A DNA stretch of 64,000 nucleotides from Octopus sinensis (lineage: Eukaryota): assembly GCF_006345805.1 (NCBI RefSeq), contig NC_043002.1:81282001-81346000 (forward strand), given 5' to 3'. This document shows, in pieces, positions 51,680-64,000 of the stretch. Each line of letters starts with the position of its first letter. Within the stretch, counting starts at the first letter, position 1. The position numbers and the translations under genes were made by a program. The notes beneath the pieces are model-generated. The model made no database searches. It saw only the letters and a list, made by a program, of their open reading frames with translations, and was not told the origin of the DNA.

Positions 51680-51972
51680 CATATATGTGTGTCTTGCAAA
51701 TACACACTCGCGCGACAGGCAGAATAAAACAGATATCATTTAACACTTTATTATAACTTCATCAATTACATAATCTGTACACGTGTTTCATTAGCGAAAA
51801 CTAATATATATAAATATATATATAATGATTCACAATCAAAGCGCAGAAATGGCGTATTCCGAATGAACAAAGTAATGTAATCCGATGGTACAAAGAATTC
51901 CGCGAATTAGGTATCCCAAAGTCAGCCGGAAGGCGTGCGGTAAGTAGTAAATCCCCCCCCCCAAAAAAACCC

Positions 51973-52217
51973 AAGAACAAGCACAAAAAAAAACAACAAC
52001 GCGAGGACGTGATATATGTAAAGTATTGGCAGACGCTCAGGAAAAGGAAAGGTAGGTGGTTTTTTGAAAAAAAATGTAACCATATTTTTGACCTTACCTT
52101 TGTCTCCTCTTTCTGAAGAAGAAACGTTAAACCATCTTGCTGTCCTTCCCTGAGCGTCTGCTAATACTTTACATGTACCACGTCCTCGCGTTGTTGTTTT
52201 TTATTGTCCTTGTTCTT
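51973..52217. other. Inverted repeat, ~75-bp arms, ~95-bp spacer
   Basis: 51973-52048 vs 52143-52217, roughly 88% complementary. Confidence 0.85.
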
Positions 52218-52329
52218 CGTTTTTTTTATTTTGTAGGAGGTTACTATATATATATATATAATGTGATCGACCAGAGCATCAGATGTTATACATCGCTGAT
52301 CACAATGCACTTCGAATGATGCCACCACG

Positions 52330-52520
52330 CTGGCTAGGGGAGTAGGCCAACAGTCACTTCCGCCACCGATCAGAAGGCTAGACCATCCTAGGGCTTCCTA
52401 TTTCTAGTAAGTGGACTGGAGCAACATGAAATGAAGTGCTTTGCTCCAGAATACAATAAAACCGTCTGCTCCCACAATCGAACCCAAGATCTAACGATTG
52501 TTATTACACCGCCCTAACCA
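52330..52520 (-). mobile_element. SINE with the 63093-type head and a different body, diverged
   Basis: Minus: ATGAAGGCGCGTGGCCTGGTGGTTAGGGC...GCAAAGCACTTCATTTCATGTTGCTCCAGTCCAC. Confidence 0.65.
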
Positions 52521-52539
52521 CCAGGCCACGCGCCTTCAT

Positions 52540-52580
<41 letters not shown>

Positions 52581-52596
52581 GTGAGAGAGAGAGGGC

Positions 52597-52759
52597 GGCG
52601 CAGGAGTGATTCTGTGGTAAGAAGCTTGCCTCCCGAACCACATGGTTCCGGGTTCAGTCTCACTGCGTGGCACCTTGAGCAAGTGTCTTCTGCTATAGCC
52701 TCGTGCAGAGCGAGGCATTATGAGTGGATTTGGTAGACGGAAACTGAAAGAAACCCGTC

Positions 52760-52808
<49 letters not shown>

Positions 52809-53030
52809 TGTGTGTGTGTATTTGTATGCGTGTGTATGTGTTTGTCCCCTACCAACGCTTGACAACCGGTGTTGGTATGCTTACGTCCCCGTAACTTAGC
52901 GGTTCGGCAAAAGAAACCAATAGAATAAGTACTAGGCTTACAAAGTATAAGTCCTGGCATCGATTTGTTCCATTAAAAGCGGTGCTCCAGCATGGACGCA
53001 GTCAAATGACTGAAACAAGCAAAAGAATAG
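52597..53030 (+). mobile_element. SINE family A, full length
   Basis: High similarity to 3745-4147. Confidence 0.9.
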
Positions 53031-54589
53031 AAGAAAAATATATGTATACGTATGTATATGTATATATAGACACACACACATATATATATATACAGACATA
53101 TACACGCATATACATACATACGTACGTATATATTTATATATTATTCCTTTATTCTCTTTTACACCTACGCACACAAACACTTTTCATACATCTATTTACA
53201 TAGATATATATATATATGTACGTTTTATATTGCATACATATGTATACAACATACGCTTGTACACTTACACACACCCACATACATACACGTATCAGTGTGT
53301 GCGTGCGTGTATGTGCACGTACTTAAAGCTAGATCTCAAATTCTTTGTTTAGTCGAGTCACTTGTATTTTTTTATGTGAGAGAGCCTATTCAGAGATGTC
53401 ATATGTGATGAAGCCACTTAGTACACTCAATAGAATCTAGATTATTTTCCATTCAAAAGTACATAAAATACACATGCGCACGCATATTACAGTGTATGTA
53501 CGTATAAGTTTTAAAAAAATATATATATTAAGTTACTGTTACGGCAACAGTCGAGTTCTACTAAGATTCTCTGAAATTTTTTTTAACTTGAAAAAGTATA
53601 CATTCTTGTGTGGAAGCACGGTATGCACATACGATAGTGTATATGTGTTTGCGAGCGTATTTAAGTGTATGTATGTGCGCCCGAGCGCATGTGTGTGTGC
53701 GTGTTGCCTAGTTTGGTTTTTTTTTTTGTGTGTGTGTTTTAAGCCGACAATCGTTTGTTTCTAAATAATAACTGTGGCATTTATATATATAGAGAGACAA
53801 ATGCTTACATATATATGTATATAGATATATACACACACAGAATACAAGTGCCCACGCACACACACATATATGTGTATATGCATGAGTATATTTTATGCCT
53901 ATTTGTATAGCCATTATGTATGTATGTGTATATTACATATATATTCATAGATACATATATACATATATATGTATATATATTATATATATTATATACATAC
54001 ATTCATATATATATATACTTATATAATTATATACAATTGTGTATGTAAGGCATGTATAAGCATGTATATGCATATATATGATTGTGTGTATATATATATA
54101 TATATATATGCACACATAAATATACATTCATATACATGTGTATGCATATGTACATAACTAAATTTCCGTACAGATTAAAAAATCTAGCAACGTAGTAGGG
54201 AAAGTGGCTTTTGGAACTTATCTTCGAACTAGAGTATAAGAAATTACTTAAACATAGAAGTGGGTGGGAATAACATTTTGAGCAATCCCATACATGTATA
54301 CTGTACATATAAGTATATATAAGCATGGATATATGTACATATATGTGTGTGTATGTTTGTATTCTTTTTTTAATTTAGAGTAAATTGGGATGTTAGCAAA
54401 GTCGGGAAGAGAAACATCTTGATTTCATAACCATCTTTTAATTGTTAAGAGGATCTTGTAGATGTTTATAGTCCCTGATATCGTGGTTATTTCTACAGTA
54501 AGGATTTTCATTCTCTCCTCAGGATCCCAAGTTTAGCTATATTTTGCTCCAGACGGGTTGGTTACGTATCCTGTTGCACCAATAATATG

Positions 54590-54913
54590 CATAATTATTC
54601 AGTTATATTTCAAGATTCCTTGGCAATAAAGAAAGAGCAGGTTTCTAACATACATCCAAGGTTCTTTCATTGGAATTTCAACGACATCAACAGAGTATTT
54701 TTGTATGTATGTATATCATTATTCAGTATATTTCAAGATTTCTTGCCAATGGAGAAAGAACCGGTTTCTGGAATTTGAACAGCAACAACAGGGTATTTTT
54801 GAATGTATGTATGTATGTATGTATGTATGTATGTATGTATGTATGTATTCTCATGCATATAGTTGCATATCTAGACATGGTCATATATATATATATTTAA
54901 ATTATAAGCTTCT
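54590..54913 (-). mobile_element. R4/Dong family 1 3' UTR, with a duplicated terminal segment
   Basis: Reverse-complement match to 44690-44985; the terminal CTCTTTCT..ATTGGCAAGAAATCTTGAAA block occurs twice. Confidence 0.75.
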
Positions 54914-55854
54914 GTATGTATGTATGTATGTATGTATGTATGTATGTATGTATGTGTGTGTGTGTGTGCATGTATGTATATGTGTATGTGTATGTATGTA
55001 TGTCTGCATGTGTATGTATGTATGTATGTATGTGTGTATGTGTGTATGTATGAATCTGTGTATGTATGTATATGTGTATGTATGTGCGTAAGTGTCTATG
55101 TATCTATACATGAATATACGTGTGTATGTATGTATGTATGTATTGTGTGTATGTATGTGTATTTGTATATGTGTATGCATGTATGTGTATGTATGTGTGT
55201 GTGTACGTGTGTATGTGTGCATGTATGCATGTGTGTATGTATATATGTGTGTATGTATGTGTATGTATGTATGTGAGTATGTGTGTATGTATGTTTTATT
55301 TAAGTTCTTCTTGGGTGTTCAAGCCGGTCGTTTACAAAACGACAAGGCTTTTTGAAGTAACAGAGTTCCCAGTGTTTGTAAATATGTCGTTAAGTTGGTG
55401 TGTTGGTTGAACCGTCGATGCATACACCCAAGTGTGTGCATCTAGTCAGATAACAATAATCCCAGATGAAGAATTTGGGGGATATCTTACAGATCCTCAC
55501 TGTGCCTGGATGTGTGAATGTAGGTGTATGTTAAAACTTGCCCTTTTGATATAATCATGAAACGAGGATCTGTCACGCTGCTAAATGCCAGTTATTCTTT
55601 GGCGACGGAATAGCCATGTCTACGACGGACAATATTTTTACGTCTTTGAGTTACTAATTAATCCTTCATAAATGATCATTACAGACATTCCAGGGATCTA
55701 ATTTTACAGAGAGGTCGAACCTATATTCTCTGGGTCGTTTTTTTTTTATCTGCAATCAAGAGATTTTTTTTCTGTTATATAAGAAAACCTATAATTGGAG
55801 GAATTTGAACTAAAGCAATTTACAATATATCACCATCTCGATTGCTTAAGAAGC

Positions 55855-56215
55855 AATCCCACTGCACGCTACTTTCAACAACGACTCCTACTATAGCCCC
55901 GAATCGATCAATGCCCTGTGAGAGAATTTCGTAAACGGAAAGTGTGTGAAGTCCGTCATATATAAGTATGTGTATTTGCACGCGTGCGTGTGTATGTGTT
56001 TCTGTCTTGAGTTTGTCCCCTCACTGTTTGACAACTGGCGTTGGTCTGTTTATGTTCCGGTAACTTAACGGCTCGGAATGATAAATCGGTAGAATTAGCA
56101 CAAGGCTTTAAAATGAATAAGTACTGGAAATGTTTTGTTTCGACTAAATTCTTTAAGACGGTGCCCCAGCAGGGCTGCAGTCCAATGACTGAAACAAGTA
56201 AAAGATAAAAGAGAG
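55855..56215 (+). mobile_element. SINE family A, diverged
   Basis: CTACTATAGCCCCG..., GTAAACGGAAA, TTTGACAACTGG, AAGACGGTGCCCCAGCAGGGCTGCAGTCCAATGACTGAAAC. Confidence 0.7.
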
Positions 56216-56494
56216 AAAACAAGGAAAGAATTGAATTATTCGTTTGAAGTTTAATTTTAGGACAAAGTTTCAAATGTGCCGTTCATAAGTATGGTCTTAA
56301 GTACGCATGATCAATTCTACAATAAGTGTCTTTAAGTACAAACGAAATACAGCATGGCTATATATGTATATTTCTGAATATCTGTATAATTGTTAATTTT
56401 GTCCTTTCTTTGTATTACTCCGACGAATTGCTTAAGGAAACAATGATTTCTTCGTCAGTAATCAAACTTTTCAGCTAAAGTGGAAATTTTTATA

Positions 56495-57008
56495 GAAGCA
56501 TGACTGTGTTAAGAAGCTTGCTTCCCGCCTACGAGATACTGTGGGCAAGCGTCTTTTACTAAAGACTCGGGCCGACCAAAACCTTGTCAGTAGATTTGGA
56601 AGACGGAAACTAAAAGAAGCCTGTCGCCAATATGTGTATGGAGATATATGTGTGTGTGCTTATGTGTCTGTGTGTTTGTGTGTGTATGTGTGTGTCTGTG
56701 TTTGTGTGTGAGTGTGTGTGTGTCAGTGTGTTTCTGTGTGTCTGTATTTTTGTGTGTGTATGTATGTGTGTGTGCGTGTGTCTGTGTGTTTGCGTGTGTG
56801 TATGTGAGTGTGTGTATGGTGTATGTGTGTCTCCCACCACCGCTTGACAACTGGTGTTGGTGTGTCTACGTCTCCGTGACTTAACGGTTCGGCAAAACAA
56901 GCAGTACAAAGCTTATAAATAAAAATAGATCAATTAGTTCGACTATAATCCTTGAAGGCGGTGATCCAACATGTCCGCAGTCTAATGACTCAAACACATA
57001 AAACATAA
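56495..57008 (+). mobile_element. SINE family A with ~190-bp (TG)-rich core
   Basis: Homology to 3745-4147 on both sides of the microsatellite. Confidence 0.8.
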
Positions 57009-57014
57009 GAGATA

Positions 57015-57222
57015 TGTTATAACATGTAAAACTTTTTGGAAGTTATACATATTTTGACACTTCCACTGATGGCTTGTATCTGTAGCCTTCTAATTAGCTT
57101 TTTTTCTTTTGGTTTGAGACCCCTAATTTCTCAGTCTTGGTGTAGAGGCAGTTAGTTACATATCCTAGTGCCCCAATATTAACGAATATAAATCTACACT
57201 TGCAATCCGCGTGGAGTAATTG
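57015..57222 (-). mobile_element. R4/Dong family 1 ORF-end fragment
   Basis: RFIFVNIGALGYVTNCLYTKTEKLGVSNQKKKLIRRLQIQAISGSVKIC. Confidence 0.8.
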
Positions 57223-57741
57223 TATGTATATATGAATGTATGCATGCCTCTTCTATTTTTTAATTATTATAAATTTCCAACAAAGACAATGTATCTCTCA
57301 TGATGTGACAAAAAAATTCTGATTAACAGTAGCTCAAAAAAGTTTAGATAGTATCTTTCTATAAGGCAAACACAAGCTTCTTTCCTAACACAAGCCCCTT
57401 GCCACACAAGCATGCCTGCGTTTGCAAACTTCTTAAAACACAGCCACGCCTGCGTCATATTCACTTCTTTTTTTCATGGGGCGTTTCTCTACAAAGAAGC
57501 CGTCAGACAAGATTAGGAAAATATATGAGTTAGCAAAGAAGCAACAGTTCAACTGATTTCTCTGTTATGAATGTAGACGTCCCAAACATCCCAGGAAGTT
57601 TTCTGTAGAATATTATAAAAAATAAAAAAATGGATTAAGTTGTACATGAGTTGTACTTGGAAAAACAATTCAAAATCCTCGAGAAGCTTCGTAAGACATC
57701 GGTAAACGGCAGAAACGTCAATAAACAGGATTAATTTAATA

Positions 57742-58220
57742 ATCTTTTTTACTATTGGTACAAGGCCTGAAATTTGGTGGAGGAGGATAGTCAATTACAT
57801 CAACCTCAGCGTTTCACTGGTACTTAATTTATCGACGCCGAAAGGATGAAAGGCAAAGTCGACCGCGGCGAAATTTGAACCCAGAACGTCAAGGCGGATG
57901 AAATGCCGCTAAGCATATCACCCGGCGAGCTAACAATTCTGCCACCTGGCCAGAATTTGAATTCAGAACGTAGCGACGCGCGAAATACCTATTTCTTTAC
58001 TACCCACAAGGGGCTAAACACAGAGAGGACAAACAAGGACAGACAAACGGATTAAGTCGATTATATCGACCCCAGTGCGTAACTGGTACTTATTTAATCG
58101 ACCACGAAAGGATGAAAGGCAAAGTCGACCTCGGCGGAATTTGAACTCAGAACGTAACGGCAGACGAAATACGGCTACGCATTTCGCCCGGCGTGCTAAC
58201 GTTTCTGCCAGCTCGCCGCC
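57742..58220 (-). mobile_element. SINE-B long monomer plus truncated second monomer, followed by a SINE-B copy
   Basis: Near-identical to 45816-46030; same AAAGAAATA|GGTAT junction. Confidence 0.9.
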
Positions 58221-58989
58221 TTGGTTTTTGATTTAGGCGCCAGACCAGTAACTTTGATGTTGGGTGAAGAGTTGATATCATTAACCCGAATAATTGACTA
58301 GTGCCTTATTTTATCAACCTCAGCGAGATTATTTTTTAAAAGGGCACAAGGCCAGAAATTTTAGAGGAAGGGATTAGTTGACGGGATTCAATGCCCAATA
58401 CTAGGCTATTACTATATTATACCGATACCGAAAGGATGGGAGGCAAAAAAAATTCACCTTAGCGGGGATTTAGCTCAAAACGTAAGATGTACTACAAGGG
58501 ATTTATTGTTCACAAGGGATTTTTTATTCTACCCTGTCAACCATCAACAACCCCTATCTTACTGTATATGGCCGTTTTATTACTGGAAATAATGATGTAG
58601 CTATTCTCACGCTGATAGTTAATATGACTGACACTTGAGTTCTGTTGTGCACTAACAGCAACAAGGAACCTTGCTAACGAACAACTGTTCTAAAAAACAA
58701 TGGTAATCAATATCGTTTAGCGTTGAACTGCCTTAGTCCTTTTACTGTATAGTTTCTATATAAATGTAGGAAAGTGTGAGTGGGGATGTGAAGTGTCTTT
58801 GCCAAGGATACAGCCCAGAGCCGGACAGAAGGTTTATTTCATCGGTCTTCAGTTAGTCGGACTACGTACTAATGAGCTGCCCAGATGTAGCTTTCACAGA
58901 GATATATAACAAAGCGAAGAAAATGAAAGGCGTAGAAAGCTAGGGAAGTGGCGTTGGATGTGTCGAGCGGGGAGAAGTATATATAAATT

Positions 58990-59447
58990 AGGAGAGGGGA
59001 AGGAGGGAGAGTGTGAATAGAAATATAGAGGAGAGAGAGAGGGGGGAAATGAAAGGAAAGAGAGAGGAGAGAGAGAACAGAGAAAGACGAGAGGGGAGAG
59101 GGGAATTCTCAGAAAGAGTGAAAAGCGAAAAGAGAGAGAGACAAAAGAGAAAGACGGGAGTAGAGAGAAAGATAGAGGAGAGAGAAATGAAATGAAAGGA
59201 AAGAGAGGGGAGAGAGAGAGACAACAGAGAAAGACGGGAATGCGGAGGGGAATTCTCAGAAAGTGTGAAAAGCGAGAGAGAGAGAGAGAGGAGAGAGAGA
59301 CAAAGGAGAAAGACGAGAGTAGAGAGAAAGATAGAGAAGAGAGAGGGGAAATGAAAGGAAAGAGAGAGGAGAGAGAGACAACAGAGAAAGACGTGAGTGG
59401 GGAGGGGAATTCTCAGAAAGAGTGAAAAACGAAAAAGTGAAACAGAA

Positions 59448-59486
<39 letters not shown>

Positions 59487-59620
59487 GGAGAGAGAGAGAA
59501 AAAGGAGAAAGACAGGAGTAGAGAGAGGAAAATGTCAGAGTGAGAAAAAAGTGAGAGAGAGAGAGAGAGAGGAGGGAGGCGAATGAGAAAGAGAGAAGAT
59601 GGAGGTTTGGGTTAGTGTAT
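58990..59620. repeat. Polypurine (GA-rich) tract with ~150-bp higher-order repeat
   Basis: GAATTCTCAGAAAG recurs at 59103, 59250 and 59407. Confidence 0.85.
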
Positions 59621-60257
59621 AAAAAAGTCAAATAAATTCTTGAGAAGAAACAAAAAAACAAAAAGAAATAAAAGCAGAAATCAAATTAAAGGAAGGAAAT
59701 AAGTGAAATTGAAAAAAAAAACAGAAAAAAAATGGAAAAATGGAAGGAAAAGCAAAGAACAGTGAAGGAATAAAAATAATTTACAGAATGAAACAGATTG
59801 ACCTTTTGGATTTACAATTCCATAGACACATGTCCAAAGAGAAAGCTATTGTCCATGCTTACTTACATACATGCATGCATACATACATACATACATACAT
59901 ACATACATACATACATACATACATACATACATACATACATGCATGCATACAGATATACATACATGCATGGGTTCACATATATAAACATACGTACGTACAT
60001 GCGTACATGAATACATATAAGCATATATACATATATACATGTATACATACATACATACATATATACATATATACGAGCGTTATACTAATACATCTGTTTG
60101 TTTTCTACACCACCTGTCTTCGTCTTTTGTTTTTTTCGTGAATTCTCCCCATATATACATATATACATACATACATAAACATGCATACATGCATATAGAC
60201 ATCCATACATGAATGCATACATACCATACATACATGTATGCATATATATATATACAT

Positions 60258-60655
60258 AGATTCATAAACACCAACTCAAAAAATACTGGTAGAATATTCC
60301 CATCAAAACGTCTGCCAAATGTAAACATAACAGGCCGGATATTGTTGTTCGGGACAGAAGGGCAAAGGTATGTACCACCATAGAGATCAGTTGCCCTGCA
60401 GATGTAAATATCTCTTTGAAAATCAAAGAAAAAGAGGATATCTATGGACAACTGCTCCGAAACCTCCAGTTTCTATATCCAGACTATGAATTCATATTCA
60501 TACCAATAACAATTGAACCACTAGGTTTTGTTAGTAAATGCTTAAAGGAGAATCTAGATGAACTGGGGTTTTCAGACAGAGAATTCGACCAGCTAATTAC
60601 AAGTCCAATCTGTGAGTGGAACAGTAAAAATATGCACGACTTTTCTCAAGTTCCA
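60258..60655 (+). mobile_element. R4/Dong-type REL endonuclease fragment, family 1 relative
   Basis: KYW*NIPIKTSAKCKHNRPDIVV..IEISCPADVNISLKIKEKEDIYGQLLRNLQFLYPDY. Confidence 0.85.
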
Positions 60656-60737
60656 AATGTGAATTTGTCTGTGTTAACTATATCCCAAATATGGAGCCTT
60701 GTATCTTTGTTGGAAACACACACACATATATACATAT

Positions 60738-60890
60738 ATACGACGGGCTTCTTTCAGTTTCCGTCTACCAAATCAACTCTCAAGGCTTTGGCCGGCCCGA
60801 GGCTATAGTAGAATACACTTGCCCTAGGTGCCACGAAGTGGGACTGAACCCGGAACCATGTGGTTCACACCACACAGTCACTCCTACGCC
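60738..60890 (-). mobile_element. SINE family A, 5' half
   Basis: Reverse-complement match to 3745-3910. Confidence 0.85.
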
Positions 60891-61299
60891 TATAGGATAA
60901 TGTATAGTATTTTCATTTGGAAAAGAATTTTTTTTATATCATTTATCCGTTCAACTCTAAAACATAAATGTTTCCTTTGGCCATATTCCATCGCCATATC
61001 ATCTGATAATGTTAATAAATCCAGCTGTTTCTCAGCATTGTAAATGTTTCCATTGTAAATATTTTGATCAACGGAAAAATAAGTCCGTGATTTTTACATT
61101 TGAACATTTTCGGATTCAATGCGAAATTAAAGAAAAGCAGAGACTGGTTGTCTCTGGGTTTTCATTTTGAAAGATTTATAACACTAGAGACAATCATTGC
61201 GCTTTTGGTTACGAGGGTAAGGATGAATGGTCGAATCTTTGCAAACCTTTCAATGGCAGTACTTTTACCAAGTGCAGACACTCCAACAACCGAGAGAAA

Positions 61300-61700
61300 A
61301 TATTTATCCCAATTTAAACGTAGATGTTCTGTTAGAACAAGCTATACTGTGGTAGTTATCACGAGAGAAACTCTCACATTGGCGTTTGGTATAAAATGCA
61401 CTCCTGTTTATATATATATATATTTTAACAAGCTCATCGGCTAATCACGACATCAACATTTGTTCTGGCACTTTTTTTCCATATATTGCTGGAGGGGAAA
61501 TGAGTGGCTGTTATCTCTAGCGGTCGAAATCACGTGACCTGGTGGTCTCGGCACTGGAGATGGTGGGAATTTATTTCATTGCTAGTGATAAAAACAAGAG
61601 TGCATTTTGTACCAGACGCCAATATGAGAGTTTCTTTCATGGTATCTACCGTAGTATAGTTTATTAAAGAACATCCATGTTTAAGTGGAGATAGAAACAT
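61300..61700. other. Diverged inverted repeat, ~110-bp arms (MITE-like)
   Basis: 61300-61409 vs 61592-61700, roughly 75-80% complementary. Confidence 0.7.
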
Positions 61701-61755
61701 TACCTCGCTGTATTAATACTTCCTCTGTCGCTAAAATATATATATACAAAAATGC

Positions 61756-61928
61756 AGTGTACATTTAAACACATAAGAGGTGGCCATAACAGGCCATCTG
61801 ATTCGCTAGAAAGAGTAGTTAAACTACAAACCACTAATAGTTGTAATTTGTAGTTTGTAGTTTAACTACTCTTTCTAGCTAGTCAGATGTCCTGTTATGG
61901 CTATCTCTTATGAGTTTAAATGTACACT
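61756..61928. other. Foldback hairpin, 76-bp arms, ~21-nt loop
   Basis: 6 differences in 76 bp between 61756-61831 and the reverse complement of 61853-61928. Confidence 0.9.
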
Positions 61929-62026
61929 ATTTTTATATGAATAATATATAGTCTATTGACTAGTTTTTGTCTTCTCGCTAGACCACTGGTAGCAAAGGAT
62001 TTTTCTAAATTTTTTTGCTACCCTAA

Positions 62027-62063
<37 letters not shown>

Positions 62064-63092
62064 TCCAACGACTATGAGTATGATATAGAATCAAGTTTCT
62101 GTTTTGTAATCAAGTCGAACAGTCAAAGTGTTTCTGTGGCATTTATTATCTTTTTAGCTTCCGACGGCACATCTATTTTTTTAGTTAGAAATTATTCAAC
62201 ATGCACCCCGCCTCCACACACACACACATTCCATTCTTTCCACTTGTCTGCTTGTCAGTCATTACTTTATTAGATTCCCAATGGCTCTGAAGGAAATGGT
62301 TTAAACAGATTGTGTAAAGCTAATATATAATATTCAAGTAATCAATAGACTTATAGTTTTCTGCCAAGAACTTTTCCTGACTACAAGAACTTTTCCTTGA
62401 TGATGCAAGCCCGTTCGATATTTCGATATTTCCATTTGGTTTTTACAACAAGAGTGTCTCTGTCTTCAAGGTTGACCATGCATGTGTACATATATGCACA
62501 GGCGTGAGCGCGATTGTCTTTTAGGAAAACTGAAAGTTATCAGTTCCCAGTCTTCCACTTCCAAGCTACGGATGTTTACCCAAGGGAAAAGATGCTGACT
62601 CAGGTGGATACAGCTTGGAATCAGTTTTAGGAGCAGGTGTTGCTATCCGAACGCAAAGAGCCGGAGTAGATCTCGTAAGGTATGTCGGAGCATCAAACAG
62701 CTCCGCTAATCTACCTTGTAACGATGAAGAGCGAAGTTGAACTCGGCAGGATTTGACCTCAGTGTGCAGAGAGTTGGAACAAATACCGCGAACTATTCTA
62801 TTCAATGCGCTGATATCTCTGCCAATTCGCTGCCTCATTTGGTTTTACGTTGTTTCTTCTAAACATATGCATAATGTACGTTCTGACAACGGTAACTAGT
62901 ATAATAGTATCCAACTCTTTGGTCTCTCGTTCGGGAGTTCAGTTATGCAGCTTTTCCACGGTTGTAGAAAAAGTTTTATAGACGTTAGTGTGCGTTTTAG
63001 TATTTGCTGTTGATTCAATATCCACTATTCATTGCATTTATATTTATTAATATATTGTTCTAGTAATATATTACCGTTGTCAGAACGTACAA

Positions 63093-63436
63093 GTGAAGGC
63101 GCATGGCTCAGTGGTTAGAGCGTCGAGCTTACGATCGTGAGGTTGTGAGCTCGAATCCCGGACCGGGCTGCGTGTTGTGTTCTCGAGCAAGGCACTTTAT
63201 TTCACGTTGCTCCAGTTCACTCAGCTGTAGAAATGAGCTGCGACGTCACTGGTGCCAAGCTGTATCGACCTTTGTCTTTCCCTTGGATAACACTGGTGGC
63301 GTGGAGAGGGGAGGCTGGTATGCATGGGCGACTGCTGGCCTTCCATAAACAACCTTGCCCGGACTTGTGTCTAGGAGGATAACTTTCTAGGTGCAATCCC
63401 ATGGTCATTCATGACCGAAGGGGGTCTTTACCCCTT
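63093..63436 (+). mobile_element. tRNA-derived SINE family D, full length
   Basis: A box TGGCTCAGTGG (63104-14), B-box-like GCTCGAATCC (63149-58), then the shared core and a distinct body/tail. Confidence 0.85.
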
Positions 63437-64000
63437 TTATATTGTGGCTGAAATCTATATTTTCTTTCTAGATCTGAAGTAAAAATAATATATGATCTTG
63501 AGAAGGGGAGCAATACAGTGGAATGTTTTATCTTTCGTCTTTCAGCATACAGATTATAGGTGTGTACTAGCGTTTGGTGCTTGTTCATTAATGCTGATTT
63601 TGTTAAAAGGGTTTCTCAATTAATGCTCTGAGTTCATGCTTTAAAGTTATTAGATTCCTCTCAAAAGTGCGAAATATAAAATTTCATTATTTTTACAACT
63701 AGCTTAAAAGCTGCATTCAGTACCGACTTTTAAGCTAGCTCCTGCGGAGGGTTAATTGGGCCTGTGGTCCAAACCTAAAGAGAACAATAATAATAAAGCA
63801 TTTATTGGTCCTCTAAAAATATGGTATGACCCTACCAATACGTTATTGCTTCAAATTCAGTTTAAGTGAAAAACTTGTAAGTTCACAAATTTTTGAGTAC
63901 TTTTAATTTTTGAGTTTTCAACTGTTAGTACATAACAGATCTATATCCAGACCTGATCCCAATGCTGGATGTTCAAGAACCGAATGAAGGGTAGATTTTC

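Noticed and set aside
63093-63170. tRNA-like sequences with A/B boxes (also 6690-6763, 23540-23612)
   Set aside because: They continue into SINE bodies and recur as dispersed repeats; they are SINE heads, not tRNA genes.

Overview
This is repeat-saturated, AT-rich eukaryotic non-coding DNA, most likely from an octopus. That assignment is recognition of the SINE families and the very heavy (TA)n, (ATAC)n, (GATA)n, (ATT)n and (ATC)n load, not a database result. I found no supportable host protein-coding gene, RNA gene or CRISPR array; most ORF-track entries are translated microsatellites or antisense/decayed transposon pieces. Contents: about 30 tRNA-derived SINE copies in several modular families; at least 8 decayed R4/Dong-type (REL-endonuclease) LINE fragments; two Tx1/L1-type 3' fragments; an RTE fragment; a full-length dead DD34D mariner with TIRs and TA duplications; two families of non-autonomous Helitrons; a ~800-bp tandem array; and several foldback hairpins. 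Best leads: (1) a type I hammerhead ribozyme core, present twice in a ~1.1-kb inverted Penelope-like terminal-repeat structure (1332-1381 minus, 2281-2329 plus); (2) a SINE flanked by a 100-bp direct repeat, an unusually long apparent target-site duplication; (3) apparent microsatellite targeting by an R4-like LINE family ((ATAC)n) and a Tx1-like LINE ((CTAT)n); (4) head/body/tail shuffling among SINEs. Single-base indels in (TA)n and homopolymers suggest under-polished long-read sequence, so single-base details need read-level confirmation. Coordinates of decayed elements are approximate.
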